A DNA stretch of 64,000 nt from Eledone cirrhosa (lineage: Eukaryota), in contig OZ024745.1 of assembly GCA_964016885.1 (NCBI GenBank), positions 129,642,001-129,706,000 of the forward strand. Direction: 5' to 3'. The position numbers and the translations under genes were made by a program. The notes under the pieces are model-generated. The model searched no databases. It saw only the letters and a program-made list of their open reading frames with translations, and was not told the DNA's origin. Positions 1-13,880 of the stretch are shown here, piece by piece (the first letter of the stretch is position 1; each line of letters opens with the position of its first letter).

Positions 1-1850
1 AGCCAAGTAAAGTGGAATATTCAGAGTCCATAAAAGGAGGTGTCTTATTTCCTTTTACTCTTTTTCACTCAGTCTGGATCGTTCCTTCGAATACTAAGCT
101 TCTTTCTAAATAAGAAATTTGTATTTAATATATTATGGAGGGTGCATTTCACCAAGCTGTAGTACGAAGTCTTCTGTGTCTGTGTATATTCTATCATTTT
201 ATCGTAACGATCTGTACAGTTGGGGTAACTACTATATTCTGCGTATACTTAGTCAACTATACTCGTTGCACAACAAATCTAGATTTGATCACATGACATT
301 TAGATCAAAAGTGGCTGGCGTTTAGCACCACGTCTGCTCTAATCCAGTCGATACATAATCAAAGCTCTTTGAATTGTAAAAAATCGCTTTCTTTTCAATC
401 AAAATGTACACCCAGGACATTTCATAAAAATACATTTCATAAAAATACGTTGTTATAATCTTTAGGAAGATAGGATGAAATTTAAAAATAACTGTATGCC
501 ATTCTCATACGCGGTTGTTTTCTTTAATAGTTCAATCTCATGGTTAATGTTTACGTCATCTCAGATTATACATTCAAATATTCAAAGTGTACACGTTAAA
601 CTTTTAGCCATACATATGTACACAATTTGTCGCATTTCTGATCAGAAATGTCATATTCCGAAGCCATTTCAATTCAATTTCTCCATTACAAGAGCGTCAT
701 AAACGCACCAATTTCAGTTTCTCATTTCGTAATTGAAATTACAATGGTTGAAATAATGTAAATTATACAGGCAATCATTCAGACCAAAAGAATTGTTACA
801 TTTCAAGGAAGAAAATCCTGATTTAATTTACTAACCATTCATATTTAAAGGGGTTTGATTAAAAAAAATCATAAACTAATTGTTTGGCATGAAAAAATGT
901 CGGGAGGGTAAACGAAGGTGTCTTCAAATTAAAACTGAAAATTGAAATAAATGAAATACAGTTGCAAATGAAAACTGAGATTGTTTTCATCGATTCAAAT
1001 TAAATTTCAGTGAAGCTTTATTTTTAATTGAAGTTAGAGTCGACTTATCATATCAATTTCCGCTTACAAAAATATAATTTTATTTCGACATTGTGTCTCT
1101 CTGATTGTATTTTATAAAATCAAAAAATATCCCTGGTTTTGTTTATTAAGTAATGATCCAAAGAAAATCAAGTTTAAAGAAAATTTATTGTAAAAAAATT
1201 ATCAAATCTTCTTGCAGAAAAATGTATTTTTATGAAAGCAAAGCTAACACATAATTTAACCAAACCTGGTAATCAATTGTGGAGGCGAATATCGCTGAAA
1301 CGTTCATGAATGTTACATATTATAGGGACTGACTGAATCTGTGATCAGTAGACTCCAATACCGTACTGGTTAGTTCTCCGAACTTACTTCCTGTAATGCA
1401 AAAATGACTGTGACTAACTTAGGCGGACAGCAGTGCTCAAGGGTAAGGTTAATTTATGCGTCCGGCTTTCGGCAGTTGCCAGTTAAATTCCTCTAGGCTT
1501 CCGTGCCCACATTTCTTTCCCCCAGTTATTTATTTACCTTAATCCATTATATTATTATTGAAATATAAATTTTCTCAGGTCTACAAGCTAACAGACTTTC
1601 AAAATGTCAAATTCGGTTAATGAGTTGTTGGTTACACACACACGTGCAGACACACATACACACAAGCATATACACACACACACACTCATGGTAACACATT
1701 GGTCCGGCAAACAAAAGTTGTGGGTTCATGTACGTCAATACTCATCTTTTTTTTTTTAAATCACAACTAACAAACTAATTTCTATTTAGTCAAATACGGC
1801 ATAAGCACATGCTTCTACCTAATTTTCAAATTCGCTAGCCATTTGTTTCT

Positions 1851-1906
<56 letters not shown>

Positions 1907-2103
1907 TTAGGTTTGTTGGTTCACTACTGGATAGAATTGGTCATTCCGTATGGTCAATCTTGGTGTAATATTGTGGAGAGTACTCAACGTAGTGCAGTTC
2001 ACCCGTCTTCGTTTGTGTATTTGGTGGTGCGAATACGGAGTTAATTATAAATAAAATAAAATAACAGGAGGCTGGACTGGTGTAAATACTTGAAAGGTTT
2101 ATT

Positions 2104-2161
2104 ATACTATGATCATTTCAATGACCGGGTTCCATATGAATCCGGTGATATCATCAGGTAT
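2104..2161 (-). ncRNA. Type I hammerhead ribozyme motif (left-arm copy)
   Basis: Reverse complement reads ATAC-CTGATGA-[stem II ACCGG..CCGGT]-GAAA-TGATCA-TA-GTAT. Confidence 0.75.
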
Positions 2162-4218
2162 TGGAATATAACAAAGGAATATGTAAAAAACCATGGGTCC
2201 GAAAAATCAGAGACAGAGACAAAGAGGACGACTGACCAACTATCTGCCTTCATTTCGGCCAGTCGTCCTCAAAGTGATGGCAACTGAATCTACTAATGAC
2301 CATCTGGTGAGGGGGCGAAGGCTTATAATGCACTACCACCTCTCCGTCAAAGAAAAAAGGGAAGATAGAAAGGAAGAAAGAAGAAAAAAAGGAAGAAAGA
2401 AATCATGCTAGAAAATGCCGCGAAAAATGCTACTCCAAAGAATCTATATTTAACAAAGACATATATAATGGGTGTCTGTAAGGTCTAATGTGTGAACCGA
2501 AAATTGGAACGTTAAACTTATGTTACGAGTTATAGGATGAAATTAAATTAAATAAAAAAAATATTAAATTCAAAAATGATAAATTGAAAAATAAATTATT
2601 AGAAAATTAAAGGTTAAGGTAGCGAGATTTATTTAATGAACTTACAGAGAGAGTCTCATATGAAAAAATTAATCTCGATAAGATATCAGGATGGATATAA
2701 AGTAAAGATTTCGATTGTGAGTCCCAACCAGCACTCCCAACCAGTTTCGAGTGGTATCGTCCAGCGAAAGAAATGGAAATTAATTTTTCCGAGTACTCTA
2801 GGAACGTAGCTACCTTAGGCCCCGGGAACGCTAGCGGGAAGTCTACAATTTCGACAGGCCATCGTCTATACCAAACGAATATTATTAAATCACACATGAG
2901 GGGTTTATTTACGTGCCAGTAGAGGCGTGATACAGCTAATAGTTATGCCTAAACCTGGAGTTTATAGGTATAAGTATAATATGGCGGCCAAAACAGGCGG
3001 CGCGGTGGGACTGGGTCAAAGCATTCCGCTCCGAGTAATTTCGTTTACCGAAAGAGGGGAAATTTATTTTTTCCGAGCACTCAAGGAAGGGTGAACTTTC
3101 CGAGTGCCCAGCGCGCAGCCGGGAAAAAAGCCACCACATAAGTCGAAGGTAACAACCCAATGAAAAGTGCAAATAGACCATAATTATTTAAAAGTCCCAG
3201 TTAGTCCGGGTTATAAGTAGTGTGGTTCTTTGGGTGGGTTGGGGGCTATGAAAGGTGCATAATGACCTGAGTAAGGAAAGTTACAAAAAAATAATAAAAG
3301 CAGGATACAAAGATAAGATACAAATATAAAGATGAAATACAAAGATAAAGAATACATTGATAAAAATACATTAATAAATTAATTTAAAAAAAATTAATAA
3401 AAGTAAATAATTAGGGATGTAGAAAGACGGAGGCATATAAGAACGTATCGGAGGAATCACAGTGTAGGGGAAATACAATATAGATCAAGTTGTAGTAAGA
3501 AAATACAGGTTGTACATATAGATATAGAGGATGGAAGAGAGGGAATGGTAACAGGTGGAACCTAGTGTAAAGTTCGGGTCTCCGAATTCAGTATGAGTTA
3601 CAAAAAAGTCCTGAGGTATAGAGTAGAGAATTCAGTCAATACAATACATGTTTTAGTATAATACGTAGAGTTTTGTCGGAATCGGAATCATCCCGACAAG
3701 GAAGTAGTATCGGGTGAGCGTTAGATAAAGCACAGAGCAGCCAAAATCCGAATATCGCTACCTTAACCTTTAATTTTCTAATAATTTATTTTTCAATTTA
3801 TCATTTTGCAATTTAATATTTTTTAATTTAATTTAATTTCATCCTATAACACGTAACATAAGTTTAACGTTCCAATTTTCGGTTCACACATTAGACCATA
3901 CAGACACCCATTATAGATTCTTTGGAGTAGCATTTTTTCGCGGCATTTTCTAGCATGAATGCAGTGTGAACCTTACGCTGACTTCTTTCTTCCTTTTTTT
4001 CTTCTTTCTTCCTTTCTTCCCCTTTTTCTTCGACGGAGAAGTGGTAGTGCATTATAAGCCTTCGCCCACTCACCAGATTGTCATTAGTAGATTCAGTTGC
4101 CATCACTTTGAGGGCGACTGGCCGAGGTGAAGGCAGCTAGTTGGTCAGTCGTTCTCTTTGTCTCTGTCTCTGATTTTTCGGACCCATGGTTTTTTACATA
4201 TTCCTTTGTTATATTCCA

Positions 4219-4276
4219 ATACCTGATGATATCACCGGATTCATATGGAACCCGGTCATTGAAATGATCATAGTAT
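4219..4276 (+). ncRNA. Type I hammerhead ribozyme motif (right-arm copy)
   Basis: ATAC CTGATGA tatcACCGGattcatatggaacCCGGTcatt GAAA TGATCA TA GTAT: stem I ATAC/GTAT, palindromic stem III ATGATCAT. Confidence 0.75.
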
Positions 4277-4939
4277 AATAAACCTTTCAAGGATTTTCAC
4301 CAGTCCAGCCTCCTGTTATTTTATTTATATATATATATATATAAGAGAGAGAAGGGGGGGGGGAGAAAGAAAGAGAGAGAGAGAGAGATTCCTGACTTTT
4401 CAACATTTATGTTTAACTACTGCTGAACGTCAGAGTCGAACGGCTTCCAGTGTTATGCGATCTTTGACAACGAGTGACCATACAACTTTCAGGAAACGAG
4501 CAATCTCTAAATCACTATTCTCTGTCTTTAAGACAACGAATATAGCTTGTTTTACTATTTGCTGAGTTAGAATGGTGTCCGGTGTCATTTCTTTGAAACG
4601 AAATGATAATTAGAACAAAATAGAAAAAAATTGGAGCTATTAAAAGACGGCCTCGGAGCACTGATCAACCCTGTAATTAATTTTTACAACAAACTGGTTT
4701 TACTTTGAGTAACTTTTTCAAATTTTCATTTTGATTTCTGTTTGTGTTGGATGTATTTTTTCTCTCACAGGTACCTATGTGTCTTGTTGAGTTAAATTTT
4801 CTATTTGCAGTTCTTTTGGCGCTTCTCTATTTTCTAAAATATGGGACGTAACTGATTGTATCGTTGTTGCTGATTTTGGCAGATAGAAATACAACCCATG
4901 ATAAGGGACGTAACTATAGTTTGACCAAGAATAGTTGTA

Positions 4940-5137
4940 AAGTGAGATGAGTTTCGGTTTGTATTTGATTATAAAATTTCTTTCCTTGGTGATGAGTTGT
5001 TGTTCAGGCGAGGAAACGTTATCTTGATGGAATTGGAGAACATCGAAATTTAACATGGTTTCACAATCTTCTGTATGAGATCTGAGATGAATCTTTCGGA
5101 TAAAGGGCTCCCTATTTTCTTTACTATTTCCTGTCAC
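4940..5137 (-). pseudogene. Fragment resembling the C-terminal end of a Penelope-like GIY-YIG endonuclease
   Basis: Translation HLRSHTEDC...FDVLQFHQ...LITKERNFIIKYKPKL resembles the H..C..F....KE..FI.K.KP.LN tail of PLE GIY-YIG domains. Confidence 0.5.
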
Positions 5138-5670
5138 CCTATGGGGTGTTCTTGGCGACGATTACATTTTAAAATATATTTGAAATTGTGTGTTACATGA
5201 GAAATTATTTTTAATTTTCCAGAGTCCCCCTCCTCACTTATATTCCAACCTTTTGTTATACTACCTCCAGCGAAATTTTATTTTAAGTGGTAGCATTCAA
5301 GCGACAATTAATTTTCTTTATACATTAAAAAACATTATAGATGACAAAAAAGTACAATACTACAAATCCCATATGTTATAAAATAAATAGAATGAGTTGG
5401 GGTCTCAATATGTAAACTAAATGAGTCATTCTGTTTTTTTTTTAAATCAACGAAGACAACCTAGAAAAATTACCGATTCTCCAATCTACCCGTTCATTCA
5501 AACCATCACCCGGTTATTTTGGACCCAAGAGTACATAAATATACATCAAAAGTGACTTTTACTTACGCTTTTATATTTCTGTGTAACTGATATTCTTATT
5601 ACAATATATATATATGTATATATTGTTATACTTTAGGAGGGTCATGCTGCCAATAATAACACACGCACCT

Positions 5671-5857
5671 GTGGGTTGGCAGTATCTGTAGAGCGCCAGA
5701 TATCATGCTTTGCAGCCTAGAGTTATAGCCATATACGTTCTGAGTTCAAATCCCGCCGAGGTTAACTTTGCCTTTCATCCTTACGGGGTCGATAAAATAA
5801 AGTACCAGTAATGCACTGGGTAATTGCTGGCCTTGTGCAAAAAAACAGAACAATTAT
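5671..5857 (+). mobile_element. tRNA-derived SINE (dominant family in window, Meta/MESC-like core)
   Basis: A-box-like TGGCAGTATC.GTAGAG, B-box GAGTTCAAATCC, core GAGGTTAACTTTGCCTTTCATCCTTACGGGGTCGATAAAATAAAGTACCAGT, (ATT)n tail. Confidence 0.85.
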
Positions 5858-6252
5858 TGTTATTACAATATTTCGAACAGGCATAAATAAAAGATGCCGG
5901 ATATAGTATTTCATATTGTGATACAATATTCTTATCACTTCCTAAATGTAAACGCCTCCTTCGTCATATTGGTGCTGAAAGTAACGTTTTTCTACACACC
6001 AACAAAACATTATTTAATAATATCAATGCGAAAAAGAGCAAGTGTGTAGAGTTATTAGAATTAAATGAACTAAACAATAAAAATGTGATGTTTAGACATG
6101 TCTTTATTGCTTCTAATTCTGAAGACGTCTTACATCACGAGCAGCTAAACCGCGTCTATTTTATCAACAGCGTCTATTTTAATATTATGATAGAATGTAA
6201 TGCAAATATGAATATATGGGAAAGTGTTGTTGTCCAATATTATATATACCTT

Positions 6253-6314
<62 letters not shown>

Positions 6315-7151
6315 ATATGTATTTATATATATTTATCATACATGTATATGTATATACATCATTGTGGATTTCTCCCTCTCCCTCTGTCTTTCAATATCTC
6401 TCTATATATACCCATATATATATATATTATATTTATAGGTATATAATACATACATCCTCCATATACGTATATATATATATATATATATATATACATACAC
6501 ACACATATATATATGTATATATGTGTATATAGATGTATATATATATATGTGTCTGTGTGTGAGTGTGTGTGTGTGTGTGTGTACATGCATACATAAACAC
6601 TCATTTTAACTCAGATATAGGTTAGATGAGTGCATTTTTGCAGACATTCATCTATGTACAAACGGCTAGATTAAAAGAAATATTTCATTTCGTAATAAGA
6701 ATCGTGTCTCACGTGTCCAATATGCTTGTCGTCTCCTTTCAATTGTAAATTTCTTTTCACGAATTCAACATGCCGGCGACCTTAATACAATTCAGTTATT
6801 CGTAAGAATATTCCATCTAGAAAATGATGTCATTACATTACGCTATTTTACAAAGCAATATATATTTTTTCAAACTTATGTAGACAAATACCAAGGTGAG
6901 AATCATGTATATCTCTCCAATAAGGAATTCTACAAGAATAAACAAAATCTGACATGATATATGCAAAAAACTATTGTAGATCTTTGTTTGACTTCGACAA
7001 CTGAATCCCATTCCATTATGTCTTTTGAAAAAAATATATATCTGATGCAATATTAATAAAATAATTCCTCACGAACAGAGGTAATGTTTCGCTATATATC
7101 TCTAGTCTCTACTTAAATCTATTTTGTCGTCAAGAGAACATTAGCTAAACT

Positions 7152-7269
7152 ATAATTGTTTCTATTTTTGGCACAAGGCCAGCAATTATCCCAGTGTATT
7201 ACTGGTACTTTATTTTATCGACTCCGTAATGATTAAAGGCAAAGTTAACCTCGGCAGGATTTGAACTCG
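7152..7269 (-). mobile_element. Same SINE, 5'-truncated
   Basis: Reverse complement of B-box, core and tail. Confidence 0.8.
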
Positions 7270-7321
7270 TGTAGATGCATAACTGAATGTCCTATTTTAT
7301 GAAATTCATTTAATTTTCCAT

Positions 7322-7690
7322 ATCATCATCATCATCATCATCATCATCTCCTTCTTCTTCTTCTTCTTCTTCTTCTTCTTCTTCTTCAGCCACTTATTTC
7401 TGAGATGTTCGTGAGGGCAGAGTCCTCAAACACTTCTTCCAGTGAGTCCTGTCAGAAGCAACCGTCCCCAACTGATCCGGCTGAATCCCCAAGCGTGACC
7501 AACCAAGCTCATGGATGTTATCCAACCATCTTGTTCAGTGTCTACGCCTGGGTCTCTTGCTGGTTGGTTTTGTCCGTAAAATCTGTCCAGCGATTCTTTC
7601 CTGGGTCATTCTAACTACATGTCCATATTATTGGAGTTGTGATCTCTCAATTCAGAGAAGTAGCGGCTCTACCTGGAGTGACTCTCTGAG
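7322..7690 (-). mobile_element. RTE-clade LINE 3' end, decayed, with (GAA)n(GAT)n tail
   Basis: Minus translation RESLQVEPLLL*IERSQLQ*YGHVVRM...KRPRRR...RWLDNIHELGWSRLGI...VASDRTHW is typical of the RTE ORF C-terminus; microsatellite tail follows. Confidence 0.8.
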
Positions 7691-7735
7691 CTAGTTCAAT
7701 CAGTACATCACACATTCAAATGTGGTGAAACACTA

Positions 7736-7794
<59 letters not shown>

Positions 7795-8402
7795 TTAAAG
7801 GGCCTTTTATTTCTGATTGGCGTCTTCTTGACACATTGTTTTGAAGTCGATCTCCACCGCCAACTATCTCGCTTCTGCCGTACTGCAGATGTAAGAAAGA
7901 TAAATACATGTGTCTTACTGACCGTTTTTTTTAATTTCGTACCGATCGTTGTTGGGACTTATAGTGTCGTCGGTACCCGCACTGCAGATTTCTTCCGTAA
8001 AATGGGAAATACAGCCCCCCCCCCCCCCTGGGGAAGGAGCCCCGTAAAGTGGTGTGGTTGTTGCATCGGGTGTCACTTGATATCCTCCGTGGCTCTGTCT
8101 TTGCTATTTTGTTTACGGAGCACAGTAGACTCCCTGCTCAGACTGGAGTGTAGTGTCAGCCCCTCCCTGTTTCTCTCCCTTTCTTTCGGTGCTTAATTAA
8201 GCGTGAATTAGAAAGCTTAGTATGATAATGGAGACACCATGAAATAGCAGAACATAGATAAGCAGATAAACATGTACCCACACATACATGCATATACGTA
8301 TATGAAATTGTAAAGCGGATGAAAACGCAATAAAGCGAAAAAGCATTCAATACGATGAAATATATTAGCGCAATATCTCTTAAGAGTAGAAACTATATGA
8401 TT

Positions 8403-8438
8403 CGCTACTCAGGTTTCATGGCTCAGCTTCATCAGACG
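8403..8438 (-). ncRNA. Minimal hammerhead ribozyme motif
   Basis: Reverse complement CGT CTGATGA agctgagccat GAAAC CTGA GTA GCG; stem I only 3 bp. Confidence 0.5.
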
Positions 8439-9030
8439 TCTGGTGAAACCACGTTGTAGCTCTATTTATACAAGACGAGTTTTAATCATTGTTTCGGGAA
8501 ATGATTTTCTCATATTTATCCGTAAAACAATACCACGAGATTAGAATTATATACAGTGTCGTATAAATAAATGAATAAATATATAACTACATAAGAAAAT
8601 TACAAAAGCCAAAACAAGTTGGAGTATTTACACAATATAAACAATACATAGACTTTCATATAAACATTCGAGGATGTAGTTAAGAGTTTAACGAAGAAAA
8701 TGGCATTCTAGTTAGCAGCTTTTGAATATATGAAAATGCAATGATTATGTCTGGTTAGGTATAGATTTCGTAGTGTGTATAGACACATATTGTCAAAGAA
8801 ACTATTGCCTTCATACAGCTTAGATGTAAGTAATAACTGATAGAATAACTGAACGGCTAGGTATGTCTTGGACGAGAAGAGGTTTGTGATAAGCATGTTC
8901 AGGTGGTGCAAGAGAAGCGTATTCAGTCTGTTTTTACGAAGAGTAAATTTCATAAATATACCTTTTATATATATATATATATATATATAAGGGAAAAAGA
9001 ATTAGTGTTGCATCATACACATATTTAGTT

Positions 9031-9084
9031 ACATATTACATATGTTTCACTGCCGATCAGCTCGAGGAAACTCCTCAGATATGC
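9031..9084 (-). ncRNA. Type I hammerhead ribozyme motif
   Basis: Reverse complement GCATAT CTGAGGA gtttcctcgagctgatcggcagt GAAA CATATG TA ATATGT. Confidence 0.75.
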
Positions 9085-9111
9085 ATTCACATGTAGAGTC
9101 TAAATGTGAAC

Positions 9112-9203
9112 ACATATCTGAGGAGCTTCCAATTCAAGAATCAGGATCGATCATTAATCGATCGTTCCTCGAGCTGATCGACAGTGAAACATATGTAATA
9201 TGT
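9112..9203 (+). ncRNA. Type I hammerhead ribozyme motif with extended stem II region
   Basis: ACATAT CTGAGGA ...(61 nt)... GAAA CATATG TA ATATGT; 6-bp stem I, palindromic stem III ACATATGT. Confidence 0.75.
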
Positions 9204-9263
9204 AATTAAATATGTAAATGATGCAACACAGATTCTTTGTTCCCTTATATATTATTATTATTA

Positions 9264-9452
9264 TTGGCAGTATCGGTAGAGGGTTGGATGCCATGCTTTG
9301 ACGCATAGAGTTAGGGCCCTTGTCATTGTGAGTTCAAATCCCGCCAAGGTTAACTTTGCCTTTCGTCCTTACGGGGTCGATAAAATAAAATACCAGTAAT
9401 GTACTGGGGTAATTGCTGGCCTTGTGGCCCAAAAGTAGAAACAATTATTATT
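9264..9452 (+). mobile_element. tRNA-derived SINE
   Basis: Head, B-box, core and ATT tail of the dominant family. Confidence 0.85.
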
Positions 9453-9530
9453 GATACTCTGAATCCCACGAGTATCGAGTGCACATCTTGACAATTAATT
9501 TGCACCTGTAGTACCTATATATATGCATAT

Positions 9531-9563
<33 letters not shown>

Positions 9564-9720
9564 GTTTCGTTGAGAAATATATCAATATGCCCAGACACGC
9601 AGATATATTGCCCTTGGTATGACAGTGTTGGTTTAGTTCAATGTAGGATAACTAGTATACTACAGAGCCGTTATAGTTATAGGAATAAGCAAAGAGTGCT
9701 TAGAAATACATTGTTTTATT

Positions 9721-9767
9721 AGCTAACAGTGTTTCCTCCATACCCCATGGCAGGGATCATCAGAGCC
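9721..9767 (-). ncRNA. Minimal hammerhead ribozyme motif
   Basis: Reverse complement GGCT CTGATGA tccctgccatggggtatggag GAAAC ACT GTT AGCT. Confidence 0.6.
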
Positions 9768-11089
9768 TATAAACAAGAGTATATCAATAGTTGCATGCTC
9801 CATCGAGCTGCGTCACCAGAACAAGGTTAAAAGACCAGCAAGGGGGTCCCGAGACCAGCGCTATATGGAAAAAACAGAATAAATGATTTTACATAATGTC
9901 ATAAAATGTCTTAAAAAATTACATCAAAAATTAACAATTAAAAATTACACCAAAAATGTATCACTTAAATGGTGCAATAGATGATAAAGAGGTTGGGAGA
10001 GGGTAGCAAGGGATGAGTGAGGGTATTACTCAGCATGATCAGAAACAATAAATTTAAAAAATATATATATATATAAAATTAGGATTGGTGCTCTGAAATA
10101 GCGATATATTTATATGAATGTATATATAGTGTATTTTGCAAGACACTATATGCTTAATTAAAAGCATTTTGAAGACCTTACGCTATTGTTTTAAAGTAGT
10201 GACAGTGTCACTTACTTCAATTTGCAGCAAACAAGGGGAAATAAGCTGACAGAGCTCTGTTTTGTACTTGTTGGTACTTATCAAAGCTCACCACTCCACC
10301 TGTTATATATATATATGTCTGTGTTGTGGGTTGGGTGGGCCTACAAACGATTAAACCCATAACGTGGAAGTTCAAAGTTTATACTAATATTTTAGATTAT
10401 AACCGATTGAAATGGAGGGGTACAGTAAATCAGTAAATTATAATGCTATAGAAGGTTGATTTAGAACGCGTAGTGGTATATATGCACAATAGGACCACAT
10501 ATTACACACAAATACATAACAACCTATGTAGAGAGCTGTGCTAATTTCTGTAAGTAGTAAAAATCGACCTTTTTTGTGTATTTTCTTTTGACGCCGATAT
10601 TGAAGCATATAATCATTGAAAAGAAGAAAATATATTTCGCCATGCAACAGAAATTTAGTGAATCTAGCTTAGCTGTTATTCCATATTCTGGTACGTATTT
10701 TAGTTAAATGTTTGTTTCCACTGTTAAAACTAGGTGAAACAATTCTGAACGTGTTTTTTTTTTTTTTTTATACAATAACAAAATATCTAGACAAAACGTG
10801 GATAGATAGATGTAAATATATAAGCGTTCCGTTGGCATTCGTAAGAACCTCTGCAATACATATGATATTATAATAAAGAGGCCAGACAAATCAATAGAAT
10901 ACGGAGATAAGTATTTATTTCAGTGAATATGTGTGCGTCTATATGATTCCGTTAATATGTATCCTTTGTATTTTATATTTGGTAATTGTTATTACTGCAG
11001 TTGTGGTTCATGTTACGAATGCTGTTAAAGTTGTTTGTACGTTTCTGCTAAATTATGAAATAGATATTTCTGAAGATTGTTAATTGGTT

Positions 11090-12060
<971 letters not shown>

Positions 12061-12073
12061 TTAATATAGATGA

Positions 12074-12122
12074 GATTCTACAGGACTAGAACTGTTTCAT
12101 TCATTAGAAATCATCAGGAATC
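12074..12122 (-). ncRNA. Type I hammerhead ribozyme motif (family also at 54946 and 56233, decayed at 49271) within a ~185-bp (TA)-flanked unit 12058-12245
   Basis: Reverse complement GATTC CTGATGA tTTCtaatGAAt GAAA CAG ttctagtc CTG TA GAATC. Confidence 0.85.
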
Positions 12123-12261
12123 GTTTTTGATGATGGTTATAAGGGGCACAGAGAGTGCTAAAATGTACGTTATTCCGGGTTGAATCGGAGGTAACCGCAG
12201 TAAGTAAGGTACTCAATACATAGCAGAGTATAACAGCTTTAATATATATATATATATATAT

Positions 12262-13880
12262 TTGTAGCTTATTGCAACATAGACATGACGTTTCAGCAAA
12301 GAGAGCTAGCTGGTTGCTTTACTTATTCAGAAAGGTGCTGTGTGGTTTTAAAGTGTCTCATATATAAGATTTGCTGTTTGTGTAGCAGGTAATATATTTG
12401 TTATGTGATTTGTTGTGGGTGGTGTTCCGATTTTAAACCCTAGAATGTTGTAAGGATTTTGTGGTTGCATGTTTATAATCTGCCTCAGCGTTTAATTTAA
12501 TCGTGTATCAATCATAATATAATAAAGGGAGAAGTGTGGGACCGCGTCCGTTTTTTATATTTTTTTATCTCGTTAGTAAAATAAGTTGGATTATGTTGAA
12601 TATATAATGAATGAATATTATGTAATTTATCTACTAAATTTCGTAGCTCTTGATTAAACATAAATATTCTTATATAAAAAGTATTGCTTATTTTAAGATT
12701 CACTTCTTTAAAATTTTCAAATGTCAAAACCTCCGGTTAACGTCCGTTATATCATAAAACTTACTACATCACTTATATAAACATTCATACATTTGCATCG
12801 TAATATAAGGTTTGTATTTGCCTCACTAATTTTCTTTTTCGTTTTCATAACATTTTAATTTATTATATGCGCAGTTTATTTATAATATCGTCTTTTTTTT
12901 AATGCATCATGGATTACTTTACTGATTACAGAAGAGAGTGTAACACAGACTTCGTTCAATTTCTGTGTATATTGTCAATTATGATTTCATTTGACGTATC
13001 ATATCTACATGCATATATATTTGCTTATAATATCAATATTCACACTACACATGGGTGAATTTTCTGCTAGTATATGTAATATTTCAAATGTTACCGTAAG
13101 GCATAATCGAAATGTATTTCTGTCCCTTGCAAAAGGTTTGCGGTGGTTAATATATTCCATTAGGGATCGGAAGTGATGCTTTTACTTTCAATTCCCATAC
13201 ATAAATTAGGAGGAATCTGGTCTTTTATTTGGACTCATGTCTGAAAGCGTATTTCTGCTGATAGAAGCGTGTCTTGACTCATTTCGGCTAAGGACTATGT
13301 AAATCTTTTAAGGGTTCGCTGTTTTTCTCCTTAGTGAGGCATCCCGTCACGGACTTAAAGTACAGAAGGATGTGTTTGCGCAGTTACATTTTCTTGTTTG
13401 TTGGCCTGTTTTATTTACCTTAATGTGTTGGAATTATCCATAGATTACTCTAAAGGAGGTATATTAGAGTAGTATATTAGAATAGTATATTTTCATTCTA
13501 ATTCTATTGTATATATGCTGGCATTTGTGTTGGTGTAGAAATGTTTCTTTTTTCTTCTATTAAAATGAAAATATTTTGGCTACGGCTGTGTGCTGTGTTT
13601 ATTTCTAGATTATATGTTCAGTTAGAAAACGTTTCATTCTGTTTTTTTTCGTTCTATTTTTACGTTCATTCCTTACATCTGGTCGTACTATACATTTGGT
13701 TTCTTAAACCAGTAAGCCTTAAGACATTATTGTATTGTTGATCATTCTCTTCGAAACTATTTTCAGTGCTTGATATGGTAGATATTGGAAGGGATATATT
13801 TCTAACTAGATAGTTAATTATGTTTCTCAGGTGATTCGAATGTTTATATATATCTAGGTTACACTTTCATCTTGTTTATA
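12262..13880 (-). mobile_element. Possible highly decayed Penelope-like element remnant
   Basis: Weak minus-strand echoes of GIY-YIG motifs and a degenerate CTGAATA...GAAACGTC hammerhead-like end beside (TA)n; many stops. Confidence 0.3.

Larger units (their letters stand above)
1906..4326. mobile_element. Fold-back element with ~570-bp inverted arms (2053-2625 and 3755-4326), each carrying a hammerhead; probable Penelope-like pseudo-LTR derivative, flanked by (TA)n
   Basis: Arms are near-identical reverse complements (ORFs 2090-2287+ and 4093-4290- are almost identical). (TA)n lies at ~1854-1905 and ~4325-4342. Confidence 0.8.
8985..9250. mobile_element. Short fold-back element next to (TA)n with two inverted hammerheads
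   Basis: AAGGGAAAAAGAATTAGTGTTGCATC... pairs with ...GATGCAACACAGATTCTTTGTTCCCTT; centre near 9100. Confidence 0.75.

Noticed and set aside
5671-5760. tRNA genes at SINE heads
   Set aside because: A/B boxes are present but there is no closable cloverleaf, and each is followed by the SINE core and tail.
10160-10220. Hammerhead-like TTGAAGA...TAAAGTAGTGACagtGTCACTTAC (also ~43965)
   Set aside because: Both copies lack the CUGA and GAAA core bases; only a hairpin is supportable.
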